IMG/VR virus record: IMGVR_UViG_3300042453_003743
Location: 73,342-137,341 of that record
Length of the DNA: 64,000 nucleotides
From: a virus
Direction: 5' to 3' (one strand)
In this document: piece after piece, positions 25,822 through 34,848 of the stretch
Layout of the letters: each line of letters starts with the position of its first letter
How positions within the stretch are numbered: the stretch's first letter is position 1
Notes under the pieces: model-generated
What the model saw: only the letters and a program-made list of their open reading frames with translations
What the model was told of the DNA's origin: nothing
Databases searched by the model: none
Made by a program: the position numbers and the translations under genes

Positions 25822-25877
25822 CGGTAGCACCAGAGACTTTGGATCTCTTTGTCTAGGTTCGAATCCTAGCGAAGGAA
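25807..25877 (+). tRNA. tRNA-Gln(TTG)
   Basis: Cloverleaf, loop CTTTGGA; overlaps the SpoU stop codon. Confidence 0.9.
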
Positions 25878-25892
25878 TTTTAGGAGATTATT

Positions 25893-26144
25893 ATGAAACC
25901 AGTTGGTAAATGGATATTAGCAAAATCATTAATCGGCGGAGAGAAAAAAACAGAAGCGGGAATCATTTTTAACGAGAAATCAACTTCCAAAATTATTCCT
26001 GCAAAGGTTGAAGCTGTCGGAGACAAACTTACAGAAGATGTCCAGATCGGGGACACGATTTGGTGGGACGTAAGTAAACTAAAAGATGGATACGGCGGTT
26101 CACACGTAGTTCATCAGGACTGGATTGAATTTGTAGAGAGATAA
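25893..26144 (+). CDS. GroES-like co-chaperonin
   Basis: 'MKPVGKWIL', 'KTEAGII', 'VEAVG', 'VQIGD'. Confidence 0.7.
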   Translation: MKPVGKWILAKSLIGGEKKTEAGIIFNEKSTSKIIPAKVEAVGDKLTEDVQIGDTIWWDVSKLKDGYGGSHVVHQDWIEFVER

Positions 26145-26202
26145 AAGAAACAACCCCGAACAGCTCGGGGTTGTCGGACCTGAGATTCTATCTCAAGTGG
26201 GG

Positions 26203-27066
26203 TTATCTTTTTTTCATCTCATATTCTGTTTTTGGAAAATTATTATCTGATTTTACAGGAGTATGATCAGCAATATTGTGCATCACTCCAATTTCATCTT
26301 CAACCCCCATGTGTGGAAAGTTTTGTTTAAAAAAGTGATATGCTGATTTTGCTTGCTCTGGTGATGGCCCTTTTGTTACTGCGTCCAAGTGCATTTTTGC
26401 GGCAGCTATAATTTCTGGAGATGCATTTTGCCCTGTTCCGAGGACTGGACTGCCTCCACCCGCTAAAATCTTTTGCAATTCTTTAACTCCAATACCAGAC
26501 ATTTTTTCATTTCCTGGTAGATAGTCATCTGTCCAAGCGACATCTTCATTTAACTTTCTCAAAGTCAACGCAAGTCTAGCGCGCTTTCCAGTTTTTCCAC
26601 CCTTCTTTGCAGCCTTTTCAAGTTTTGATACAGGAATTTTTTCACCCTTCTTTGTTTTCATGCTTTTGCGCAGAGAATTTTCTTTTTTAATTGCTTGTTG
26701 AATCCATTTTTTCTTTTCAAGAATAATTTCTTCAACCAATTCAAAATCGTCTCCAAATACTTCTTCAAGAAGTTCTTCAACCAATTCAACTTCAGTCAAA
26801 TCAGCTTCAAAAGATTCTTCAATTTTTTTTCCCTTTTTCTTTGCCATAGCTTGTTCAATAGCTTTGCTACGAGAATCAAGGTATTCTTTGGTTCCGGATT
26901 CTACTTTTCCATCACCGTCGTAATCTTTGTCAGCCTTTTTTTCAGGCTTTTTGCCTTTTTTCTTTGCTTCGTTCAATTGAGCTTCAAGAATTGCTTTCTG
27001 TTTCATCAAATAAAAATTATCAATAAAATTTAATGACATTTGAAATTGGTCTTTGAAATTATTCAT
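26203..27066 (-). CDS. Late, probably internal-head protein
   Basis: 'DYDGDGKVES', 'KWIQQAIK...GKRARLALTL'; many xxE motifs; CTAAATA upstream. Confidence 0.6.
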   Translation of the reverse strand: MNNFKDQFQMSLNFIDNFYLMKQKAILEAQLNEAKKKGKKPEKKADKDYDGDGKVESGTKEYLDSRSKAIEQAMAKKKGKKIEESFEADLTEVELVEELLEEVFGDDFELVEEIILEKKKWIQQAIKKENSLRKSMKTKKGEKIPVSKLEKAAKKGGKTGKRARLALTLRKLNEDVAWTDDYLPGNEKMSGIGVKELQKILAGGGSPVLGTGQNASPEIIAAAKMHLDAVTKGPSPEQAKSAYHFFKQNFPHMGVEDEIGVMHNIADHTPVKSDNNFPKTEYEMKKR

Positions 27067-27079
27067 AAAATTATTTAGT

Positions 27080-27928
27080 TTATTTTAAGCTTAAAGATTC
27101 ATCTTGGCGGGATTTGATATATTCATTCATTTTATCCAAGTACCCAAGATTTCTCAATTCTTTAAAAATTAAATTTTCAACAGAATTTTCACCTGATTTT
27201 TTCAGAGATGAATTTCTCATATCTTTTATCTTGGTTTTAATTTTTTCAAAAGATTCATCTTCTGCGCTGCTGTTTATAAGATTGTCTATTTTTTGGGTAA
27301 AATAATCTACCTTTGTTTTGATAAGAGGATCTTCTAAATTCACCTCTTCTTGTTTTGGATGCTGTATCCAATCGTTGCTTGTGAGACTGAAAACTCCTTG
27401 ACCAGTTGGAGTTGGATCATCTTTTCCTTGTGCGTAAAGCTCTACATCGTGGCCATAAATTTTAATATCATGTATTTGTGCCCATAGCTGCTTTTTATCT
27501 TTTAGATACTCATCTAGTAAATCTGGACAATCTGGCATTTTTTCTTTGTCAATTAATACGTGAACATCAATATCAGAATAATCTGTATAGTTAAAATTTG
27601 CATTACCGCCCACCATTATAATATCTACAATTGCTTCCTCTGGGATTTGTGCAAACTCGGCCCAAGTTTTTCCTATTTCTAGAAGTTTATCTTTGACTTC
27701 TTGTTTCAACATATCTTTATCCCACAGTTTTTGATTTAATTCATTGTGGTATTGGAGAGTTAAAGAAGAAGCCTCTTCAAGATGTTCTTTGAAAGTCTTT
27801 CTTTTCTTTTTTGAAATTTCAATAGCTGCAAGCTGGTCTACAGCTTCTTCTTTGCTATAGTGTGTTCCGAGAAGTTTTTCACCAGAAGAATCTCTGACTT
27901 CCCATTTGTTTCCGCGCTTTACAATCAT
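27080..27928 (-). CDS. Pol-beta-superfamily nucleotidyltransferase
   Basis: 'GGNANFNYTDYSDIDVH' (G-G/S...DxD) and 'VELYAQ'. Confidence 0.75.
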   Translation of the reverse strand: MIVKRGNKWEVRDSSGEKLLGTHYSKEEAVDQLAAIEISKKKRKTFKEHLEEASSLTLQYHNELNQKLWDKDMLKQEVKDKLLEIGKTWAEFAQIPEEAIVDIIMVGGNANFNYTDYSDIDVHVLIDKEKMPDCPDLLDEYLKDKKQLWAQIHDIKIYGHDVELYAQGKDDPTPTGQGVFSLTSNDWIQHPKQEEVNLEDPLIKTKVDYFTQKIDNLINSSAEDESFEKIKTKIKDMRNSSLKKSGENSVENLIFKELRNLGYLDKMNEYIKSRQDESLSLK

Positions 27929-27945
27929 GAAGATATTTATCCAAT

Positions 27946-28273
27946 AAAAAACCCGGTTTTTCAGATGCGGGAAAACCGGGAAACCCCACTGCTTTAAGCA
28001 GCCATCCGCATTGGTGCGGCTTTTATATTTGCAACTGTTTATTTACGACACTTGTTACCCGTGTCGGGTATCTCCTTCTTCATTACTCTGCGCCAATCGA
28101 AGCCAGTTCAGCCCCGTATTGATCTAAAGCCTAGGACTTTAGATCGTGCCCCGCTGTAACGAGGACTTGTTTCGCCGTCTCCAGAGTTTACAGTAGCTCT
28201 AGGTTAGGCTAATGGAGCCGAGGGGAATCGAACCCCTGTCTTGTCGCATTTCAATCCGAGATCAACAATACCG
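27946..28273 (-). ncRNA. ssrA: Circularly permuted (two-piece) tmRNA gene; tag peptide ANIKAAPMRMAA*
   Basis: The acceptor piece (~28273-28213, ...GACAGGGGTTCGATTCCCCTCGGCTCCA) lies upstream of the coding piece starting GGGGCTGAACTGGCTTCGA at 28115. Acceptor stem has a G3-U pair. Resume context TAAACAGTT-GCA; tag ORF 28032-27994. Confidence 0.9.
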
Positions 28274-28275
28274 AA

Positions 28276-28356
28276 AGCGTAGCGAGGGGCCTGCACCCAT
28301 GCTCAATCACCGTTTGCAACCAATGATCCTAGTCAGCATCACACACTGAACTACGC
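28276..28356 (-). ncRNA. Aberrant tRNA-like RNA (loop TTGCAAA, Cys-like)
   Basis: GCGTAGT/GCTACGC closing stem, TCAGT/GCTGA arm, extended stem around TTGCAAA, GGG-TGCAGGC-CCC T-like arm. Confidence 0.55.
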
Positions 28357-28371
28357 ATGTAGATTATTTAG

Positions 28372-28454
28372 TGCGAGCAGAAGGATTCGAACCTTCGTAG
28401 GCTGCAGCCAACAGATTTACAATCTGCCCTCGTTGTCCACTTGAGTATACTCGC
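28372..28454 (-). tRNA. tRNA-Tyr(GTA)
   Basis: Type II cloverleaf, loop TTGTAAA. Confidence 0.95.
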
Positions 28455-28529
28455 AACGATTACAGTATATCTCAACACACTTTCAAGTCAATTAATTGAC
28501 TTATCTTTTTTAAAGTATATACTATTATC

Positions 28530-28886
28530 ATGGCTAAAAAGAAAAGAATTAAAACTGTTCCTTACATTCTCAATGATTTTGATTTAGTAGAACATCTTCT
28601 TTCAAATAGTGATGAAGAATTTAAAAATTCTTTAGTTGAAATGCCATTTTCTTTGATTTTGCAAAATTATGCAGATTACTGCGAAGCGATTGGTTCTCAT
28701 GTTGGTAAGGGAAATCAAACCTCCAAAGATAATCCACTAGATAAACTTTATGAGCGAAAGCACATTCTCAGCGATGAACTTAAGAAGATGATGTTTGAAG
28801 CAAGAGAGCAAACAAGCACATCAGACTATTATTATGACAGGGCTGCTGATGAACTGTGGGTCGTGAAGAACAAAAATAAAAAATAA
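28530..28886 (+). CDS. Hypothetical protein, leaderless
   Basis: TTGACT..TATACT-N6-ATG. Confidence 0.7.
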   Translation: MAKKKRIKTVPYILNDFDLVEHLLSNSDEEFKNSLVEMPFSLILQNYADYCEAIGSHVGKGNQTSKDNPLDKLYERKHILSDELKKMMFEAREQTSTSDYYYDRAADELWVVKNKNKK

Positions 28887-28889
28887 ATT

Positions 28890-29417
28890 TTAAAAATCTC
28901 CATAATTCACGGTTCCCAAATATTTGTAATATATTTGTTTTGCAGTAAATGTTTGACCACCTGAAATCACAGTGTGGCCGAATGTCATTCCAGTTATTGC
29001 TTCTGCTGTATTGCCCGAAAGATTAGTTAAAAAAGCACTTTTTTGATAGTCTACGTAAAAAACTTCATATCTTTCATATGTTACCCCGGTTGGGGCTGTG
29101 GCGTTTGTTGCAAAATATTTTTGATTTTCTGAATATTGCCAAGCAGAAGAAATGCCAGTCAAGCCGATGATATAATCTGGCGTATAGGCGGAAATTATCG
29201 CAGGACCATCTGTGCTTGTGGGAACAGAATTGGCCATGTATAGAGTACACATATGCTCATATCTTCTGGCGAGCGGTCTAACATCGGATGGACATTTGGA
29301 AAATAATTCTCCCGATAAAGCAGGTAAAGACCAAGTTATTCCAGAAATTTGTACTGAGGGGAGCGAAGTCCAATTATTATTTGTTTTTGGTTTTATTGGT
29401 GATGTTATTGCTGGCAT
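28890..29417 (-). CDS. Putative virion protein
   Basis: Contains the G-x-T motifs shared by structural proteins here. Confidence 0.55.
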   Translation of the reverse strand: MPAITSPIKPKTNNNWTSLPSVQISGITWSLPALSGELFSKCPSDVRPLARRYEHMCTLYMANSVPTSTDGPAIISAYTPDYIIGLTGISSAWQYSENQKYFATNATAPTGVTYERYEVFYVDYQKSAFLTNLSGNTAEAITGMTFGHTVISGGQTFTAKQIYYKYLGTVNYGDF

Positions 29418-30602
29418 TTATATTATACTCTCTAATTTATTTTTTATATTTTCAATAGTATTTTTAACATTATCAAAATGCCATGTTCTGGCAACTTTTT
29501 TAGATGTTTTGTTGGAGAAGTAAAATCCTGCAGTTATTCCTACAATATCTATAAAATATTTCATAGATGGATAAAAAGTAGAAGCGTGTGTTGGTCCCGA
29601 TCCAGATCCATAATATGTACCATCAATAATGGTTGATCCAGCACTTAAAATATGACCAAGACTGTATAATTTACCATTTTTTTTGTATAATATTAAACCA
29701 GAAGAATCTCCACCCCACAAATTGCCTAGAAAAATTGCTTCTATTGTTTTTATTGCAGGTAAGAATGTTGAAAAATTAGTAGATTTTGTAACAGGAGGAA
29801 TGCTAAAACTAATATAGTTTACGGGGCAGATCGTATCGTTTCCTCCCCAAAGATAAACATCAGTCACTGGAATTACATATGCTCCACTGGGAGTGATATA
29901 ATTTTTCATATTTTTAAATTGTTCTTCACTTAAAATGGAAAGCGGATGTATTCCACTTAATCTATGGGGGCCAAAGTTATTCGAAGAAGAGTAGTTTTTC
30001 TTTTTTATTATAGCGTGGTCACTCTCGGTTATTTTGTAAAAAGTTGCACCTTGTGTGGTATCATAAAGACCAAATGTAGCACCCCCCGTTGGAATTGTGG
30101 AGATATAATCATACATGTGTTCAGTATCTGATATAAAATTTATTCCCGTCAATCCAGAATTCCAAAAAACAACTTCAGTTAGACCTGTGAGACCCCCTTC
30201 TCTAAATCCATTAAAGGGAGCTGAATCACTTGTACAAATTTGTATTGGGTTTATTTTGAAAGGATCAGTACAAAAATAATTTCCATTACCATAATCCCAA
30301 TGGAAAAAATATGTAAAGTGTATAGAACAACTTAAAAATTTATCACTAAGTTTAAAATAAAGAGGATGATTATTGTTATAATAATTTGGATAAATCGAAG
30401 CGGTGGACCCGGGTGGGGGTGTTCCCAATCCAGGAGAAGTGTTTGGACGATCCCAGTCTCTATATCTTAGCGATATAGCTTTATATGATTCTCTGGCGTC
30501 ATATAACAAACAATTTGGATTTATGCCTATTGGATAACCAGTATTTCCCGAATCGTAAAGATAGGGGTCGTGCAAGGTTGGGTTGTATGCAGGGAAGTAC
30601 AT
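29418..30602 (-). CDS. Putative virion protein with a degenerate trypsin-like protease motif
   Basis: 'LWGGDSSGLILY....LYSLG' and 'LSCSIHF'. Confidence 0.45.
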   Translation of the reverse strand: MYFPAYNPTLHDPYLYDSGNTGYPIGINPNCLLYDARESYKAISLRYRDWDRPNTSPGLGTPPPGSTASIYPNYYNNNHPLYFKLSDKFLSCSIHFTYFFHWDYGNGNYFCTDPFKINPIQICTSDSAPFNGFREGGLTGLTEVVFWNSGLTGINFISDTEHMYDYISTIPTGGATFGLYDTTQGATFYKITESDHAIIKKKNYSSSNNFGPHRLSGIHPLSILSEEQFKNMKNYITPSGAYVIPVTDVYLWGGNDTICPVNYISFSIPPVTKSTNFSTFLPAIKTIEAIFLGNLWGGDSSGLILYKKNGKLYSLGHILSAGSTIIDGTYYGSGSGPTHASTFYPSMKYFIDIVGITAGFYFSNKTSKKVARTWHFDNVKNTIENIKNKLESII

Positions 30603-31312
30603 TACTCCCAAGTTCCTCCATTTACTAAAGTAATTGTACCCAATGCACTCGGTATTTCTTGACCAGTAAGAGTAACAATACTTTCATTTATGTCTTGAAC
30701 TAATTGATATAGTTCTAAAATAGACGCTTCTCTTGGGAAATCTGTATTTACATCTATAGAACCAGAGACATAGATCTCTACGTTTTTGCCTTTTCGTTCT
30801 ACTTGAACACCTGGGCCTCGGATTATCAAATCGTTAACAGATTTTAATACTTTTACTCTGTTGCCGTTTTCATCTTCGGTTACAATACCTACAGCACCAC
30901 CACCCCCTATCCCCCCATCTAATGATTTTGTACGAATTGTTTCCAGAGTTTTTTGAACTGCAACGGAATTCTCGTTTGCAAAAATATCACCCAATTTATT
31001 AAGATCCAATTGTATCTTATTATCTTTTATCACTAAAGGTTCTTGAACTTCAATTTGTGAAATTTGCAATTGCTCATTTAATGGTATTTGAACCTTTAAT
31101 TTTGTTTGAGTCGGTGGTTTGATTGGTGTACTTTTGTTTATAATATCAATCAATGCTTCTTTTGTGGCTTCAGTCAAACTTACTGGTTTGGACTTTTTTT
31201 CTTCTTGTAATTTTGAAAAAACTTCAGCCTCTATTTTGTGCTTTTCTTCTATTTGTTGTTTTGTGGATTTTCTCACAAAATTTTTTATAAAATCTGAATT
31301 TGGGTGACTCAT
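30602..31312 (-). CDS. Late hypothetical protein (GGGGAVG motif)
   Basis: AATAAATA upstream. Confidence 0.6.
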   Translation of the reverse strand: MSHPNSDFIKNFVRKSTKQQIEEKHKIEAEVFSKLQEEKKSKPVSLTEATKEALIDIINKSTPIKPPTQTKLKVQIPLNEQLQISQIEVQEPLVIKDNKIQLDLNKLGDIFANENSVAVQKTLETIRTKSLDGGIGGGGAVGIVTEDENGNRVKVLKSVNDLIIRGPGVQVERKGKNVEIYVSGSIDVNTDFPREASILELYQLVQDINESIVTLTGQEIPSALGTITLVNGGTWE

Positions 31313-31365
31313 AGATATATTTATTCAAGTCTTGACTAATAAAAAATATAAAACATAATCCAACT

Positions 31366-31563
31366 ATGACAAATAAAGAATTGGAAGAAAAAATTTACGA
31401 TTTTGGAGAAGTTATGTACCGATTGGGTCGTATGGAAACAGATGGAAATTCCAATACAAAAGACTATAATAAAATGTGTAAAAGACGGGAAGAACTTACA
31501 GAAGAATTTGACAAACACTTTAAAAATAACAAAAAGCTAGCATCAAATTTAAATTTAATCTAA
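31366..31563 (+). CDS. Hypothetical protein
   Basis: ORF with an upstream TTGACT promoter. Confidence 0.6.
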   Translation: MTNKELEEKIYDFGEVMYRLGRMETDGNSNTKDYNKMCKRREELTEEFDKHFKNNKKLASNLNLI

Positions 31564-31758
31564 AGTATCACCAAAGGTAGCTTTTAAAACCGCATCTGGA
31601 TTAAGAACATTTGATCTTTTTAACTGTTTGAGCAATTCTCTTCTTGCTTCAATTTTCCATGCAGCCAAACCATCTACAGATGGGTTTTTGCTTCCAGCAA
31701 TTTGATCTTCTTTATTGTACAGATTTCCTTCTTTGAGACTTGACTTATTTTTATTCAT
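31555..31758 (-). CDS. Hypothetical protein
   Basis: ORF only. Confidence 0.5.
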   Translation of the reverse strand: MNKNKSSLKEGNLYNKEDQIAGSKNPSVDGLAAWKIEARRELLKQLKRSNVLNPDAVLKATFGDTLD

Positions 31759-31776
31759 GGCTATAATAGTTATATC

Positions 31777-31848
31777 GCGGCTGTAGTATAATGGCCATTA
31801 CGCTAGCCTTCCAAGCTTGATATGAGAGTTCGATTCTCTCTAGCCGCA
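31777..31848 (+). tRNA. tRNA-Gly(TCC)
   Basis: Cloverleaf, loop CTTCCAA. Confidence 0.9.
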
Positions 31849-31851
31849 TTT

Positions 31852-32142
31852 ATGCCAAGACCAAAAAAAACTTCTACTCAACCCAAGAGAAAAGTTAAAA
31901 AATTTGTAGATAAACCAAAACCAGTTTATCCAGAATTTATTCAATCTTTTATCAATAAAGTTCAAGAAAATTCAAATTTTTTGGTAAAAGTAGATCAATA
32001 TGCTGAAGGAAATTCATATCACGTGGCAGTAAATATAAAAAATGGTTCTAGACAACGAACTATTTGGATGGTTGGCTTTGCCACAAGCAGTCTTGAACTC
32101 AATGTTTTTTGGAATTCTGAAGCATATAAAGTATATAAGTAA
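31852..32142 (+). CDS. Hypothetical protein
   Basis: ATG after the tRNA. Confidence 0.6.
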   Translation: MPRPKKTSTQPKRKVKKFVDKPKPVYPEFIQSFINKVQENSNFLVKVDQYAEGNSYHVAVNIKNGSRQRTIWMVGFATSSLELNVFWNSEAYKVYK

Positions 32143-32161
32143 AATCCCTAAATATTAGGGA

Positions 32162-32668
32162 ATGTTAATAGACTATAACTATAAACACGAATTTGTAGGA
32201 TTAACCTTTTCTGGATTAACTAGTTATTCTTATACTTTACCAAAATCAAATAAAGGTATAATTTTTAAAGATTCAAGTAGTGCAAAAGAAGTACTTGATG
32301 ATAATGGATTAGATTATAAAATTATTTTAAAATCTTTAACTTTTTTAGATCCAGAAAATAATGAGATTGATTTTGAGTTAAGTTCTTTAGTAGTTGGGGG
32401 TGGGGGTATATATTCGACTACCAGTACAAATATCGTCTCAAATTATTATCACCAATATCCAATTATTGCGTCTTCACCGACTAATACTATAGCTACGACG
32501 GAGTCTATTTATTTAAATAGTTCTGGTACTGTTCTTGATGAAATATTTTTACCAATAAAAATTAAAAAATTAAATTTTCTAATAGACGACTGGCAAGGAT
32601 ACGGGTTGCCAGCTCCAGAATTTGATTGGTCTGGAGTAAATCCATTTACCTTTACAATATTATATTAA
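32162..32668 (+). CDS. Putative virion protein, paralogue 1 of a tandem trio
   Basis: 'KSNKGIIF...FLPIKIK'; CTAAATA upstream. Confidence 0.55.
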   Translation: MLIDYNYKHEFVGLTFSGLTSYSYTLPKSNKGIIFKDSSSAKEVLDDNGLDYKIILKSLTFLDPENNEIDFELSSLVVGGGGIYSTTSTNIVSNYYHQYPIIASSPTNTIATTESIYLNSSGTVLDEIFLPIKIKKLNFLIDDWQGYGLPAPEFDWSGVNPFTFTILY

Positions 32669-32671
32669 ATT

Positions 32672-32956
32672 ATGAGATTATATAGTAAATTAAAATCCCT
32701 GGAATCTGGTCAGCCTGCAGGAAAATCTAATAAAGGATTGTTTGTTGTTGCATATGCCACACCCGGCTCTCCCGCAGTAAATTTTACGGTCAACGCTTAT
32801 AATTCAAGCGGTTCGACATTCTCCCTTTCATATACTTTACTTGCTCCGTCCTCTGCAACTGGAATTGCAAACTCAACCAATAACATGTTGATACCATTTA
32901 GAGTAGAATCTTGGTCGGCTGGAGCTGGTTCATTTTTTGTCTATGAATTATATTGA
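32672..32956 (+). CDS. Putative virion protein, paralogue 2
   Basis: 'KSNKGLFV...LIPFRVE...VYELY'. Confidence 0.6.
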   Translation: MRLYSKLKSLESGQPAGKSNKGLFVVAYATPGSPAVNFTVNAYNSSGSTFSLSYTLLAPSSATGIANSTNNMLIPFRVESWSAGAGSFFVYELY

Positions 32957-33228
32957 TAAATAATTGTATGAGAACATTCAACAAAGTAAAATATTTTGGA
33001 GCAGGGCCAACTGGTGCTACAGGTGGTAAAAATAATGAAGCTGTTTTGATTCGTAGTACGGCAACCAGCGGTGTTAATACAATTACATTACATTGTTTTG
33101 GTACAACTGGGGGGACTGTTGGTGTTGGACCGCTAGTAATTGGAAACAGAACGGCTACAATTTTTCCAATGAAAATATACGGATTTACTGGATCAACTTC
33201 TGGAATAGAAGTTTGGGAACTTTTTTGA
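32953..33228 (+). CDS. Putative virion protein, paralogue 3
   Basis: 'KNNEAVLI...IFPMKIY...VWELF'. Confidence 0.6.
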   Translation: MINNCMRTFNKVKYFGAGPTGATGGKNNEAVLIRSTATSGVNTITLHCFGTTGGTVGVGPLVIGNRTATIFPMKIYGFTGSTSGIEVWELF

Positions 33229-33232
33229 ATTA

Positions 33233-33439
33233 ATGAAAAAAAATCTTCGTTGTTTGGTGACTAATAATGTAATTAAACCGGGGGAGTGGTATTGGTATTC
33301 GTGGGAAATGGAAGCGCCTATATCTGCTTCGGGAATGGCTGATATTGAAATGCGCCGCCACGAACCTGATGATGAATTTGCTAAAATTTTATGGGAAGAG
33401 TGGGAATGGTCTAGGGAAATAGGCCAACCCGATCTTTAA
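33233..33439 (+). CDS. Trp-rich hypothetical protein
   Basis: Operon-packed ORF. Confidence 0.55.
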   Translation: MKKNLRCLVTNNVIKPGEWYWYSWEMEAPISASGMADIEMRRHEPDDEFAKILWEEWEWSREIGQPDL

Positions 33440-34473
33440 TTCCCAAGAAATTTAGAAATTTTTGCTGATACAGATTCGTTTGCAGGTTGGGTTGTCTTTG
33501 GTAATGTTACAACCCGAATTTTTGCACCACCGCCGAGAGTAGTTCTTCCCTCGGCATCCGTGGGAAGATCCTTTAGAGTTTTTGGCTTAATACTTTTTCT
33601 TGACAATTTTGGAACAGATGTTTCTGCTGGAATTTCTGAACCCAATTCTTTTGTTCCTGTGGATTGCATTTCTGCACCAGCATCGGGCGTTGCTTGAACT
33701 TTTAACGATGATCCAATGCCTCTTGCTGGTATTTCGCCTGAAGCAGCTTTATGGACTAATTCATCATCACCTTCTATTGGATTGCCAGAATCAATTCTTG
33801 CTTGAGCAGCAAAGGGATCTGTAAAATTTGGATGACCAATATTTTTTGAATGAATGTGCTGGTTTGTTGTTAAAACATCAGATACATCACTATCCCCGTC
33901 GTCATTTCGATCTGAAACTTTTAAGTCAGGAGCTTTGGTTGTAGGTGAAAGTCTACCAACTCTTTCCGCTTCTTTTTCGGCTCTCAATTTTTTGTATATT
34001 GCAATTTGCTCCGGAGTAGTGGCTGGGCCTGCTCCTTCATTTTCTCCACCCGGAATACTCTCATAACTTTCGTCACCAAAAATTGTTTCTCCACGTCCTC
34101 TTTCAAGAAAAGAAGTTGCCCTTGCTTCTTTTCCTATATTTGATACTCCCTGCGGTGTAACTCTAATTTGCTCTGATGGTTTTAATGTTGGATTTGGAGA
34201 TTTGCTAGAAACTTTTGCTTCTGGGCTTCTACCAGTATTAATAGTCTGAATTAGGTTATACAGCCCCTGAGCGATTTTTGATTCTTGAGATTCTTCCCCC
34301 GAGCCTGCGCTTGTTGTGGTAGTCCCACGAATGCGTGTAGATCTGCCACCATAGTCACCAACTTGACTACCACCTTTCATGGCTTCATTTAATGTTTGCT
34401 GAGTTTCCTGCACTTTATTTGCGGCACTATTTAGGGAGTGAATCCAGCTGTAATAACCTTTAATATTCTTCAT
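33436..34473 (-). CDS. Late low-complexity protein, probably internal-head
   Basis: TATAAATA 5 nt before the ATG. Confidence 0.65.
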   Translation of the reverse strand: MKNIKGYYSWIHSLNSAANKVQETQQTLNEAMKGGSQVGDYGGRSTRIRGTTTTSAGSGEESQESKIAQGLYNLIQTINTGRSPEAKVSSKSPNPTLKPSEQIRVTPQGVSNIGKEARATSFLERGRGETIFGDESYESIPGGENEGAGPATTPEQIAIYKKLRAEKEAERVGRLSPTTKAPDLKVSDRNDDGDSDVSDVLTTNQHIHSKNIGHPNFTDPFAAQARIDSGNPIEGDDELVHKAASGEIPARGIGSSLKVQATPDAGAEMQSTGTKELGSEIPAETSVPKLSRKSIKPKTLKDLPTDAEGRTTLGGGAKIRVVTLPKTTQPANESVSAKISKFLGN

Positions 34474-34522
34474 AGAATTATTTATATTTGACTTTATCTC
34501 AAAATACACTATAATTATTCAT

Positions 34523-34672
34523 ATGGATTATGGTTCACATGGTGCAGGCAAAGGCGATTCGTATCGTCCTGTAAATTACGCAGAATATTGCAAAAATTGG
34601 GATAAAATTTTTGCAAAAAAGAAGGCTTCCAAAAAGAAACTTGACAAACCTAAAAAGAAGCGTATAATATAA
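34523..34672 (+). CDS. Small basic protein (GKG...RP...NWDKIF motif), leaderless
   Basis: Read manually; TTGACT..TATAAT directly upstream. Confidence 0.6.
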   Translation: MDYGSHGAGKGDSYRPVNYAEYCKNWDKIFAKKKASKKKLDKPKKKRII

Positions 34673-34674
34673 CT

Positions 34675-34848
34675 ATGCCTAACTCAAAACAACGTATTAC
34701 TGCACGTACTCACAAAAAGCGTAAAAATAGGATTGCTCAGAAACGTGCTGAGAGTCTTATGAATGCAAAGGTTGGCACTCTTCGTAAGCTTGACGAGATT
34801 GGCCAACTTCCTAAGTCTGTCAAGCTTGCAAGGTTGCCTAATGGCTAA
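34675..34848 (+). CDS. Small basic protein (MPNSKQRITAR...), leaderless
   Basis: Read manually; TTGACA(34641)..TATAAT-N6-ATG. Confidence 0.6.
   Translation: MPNSKQRITARTHKKRKNRIAQKRAESLMNAKVGTLRKLDEIGQLPKSVKLARLPNG

Noticed and set aside
28145-28200. HDV/theta ribozyme or glycine riboswitch in the tmRNA spacer
   Set aside because: TCCTCG and CTCTGGAGA words are present, but the required P1/P2/P3 pairings could not be built.
14469-31851. ORF-track starts that run through tRNA genes (14469, 15231, 23883, 24592, 31822)
   Set aside because: The true starts are the ATGs just downstream of each tRNA.
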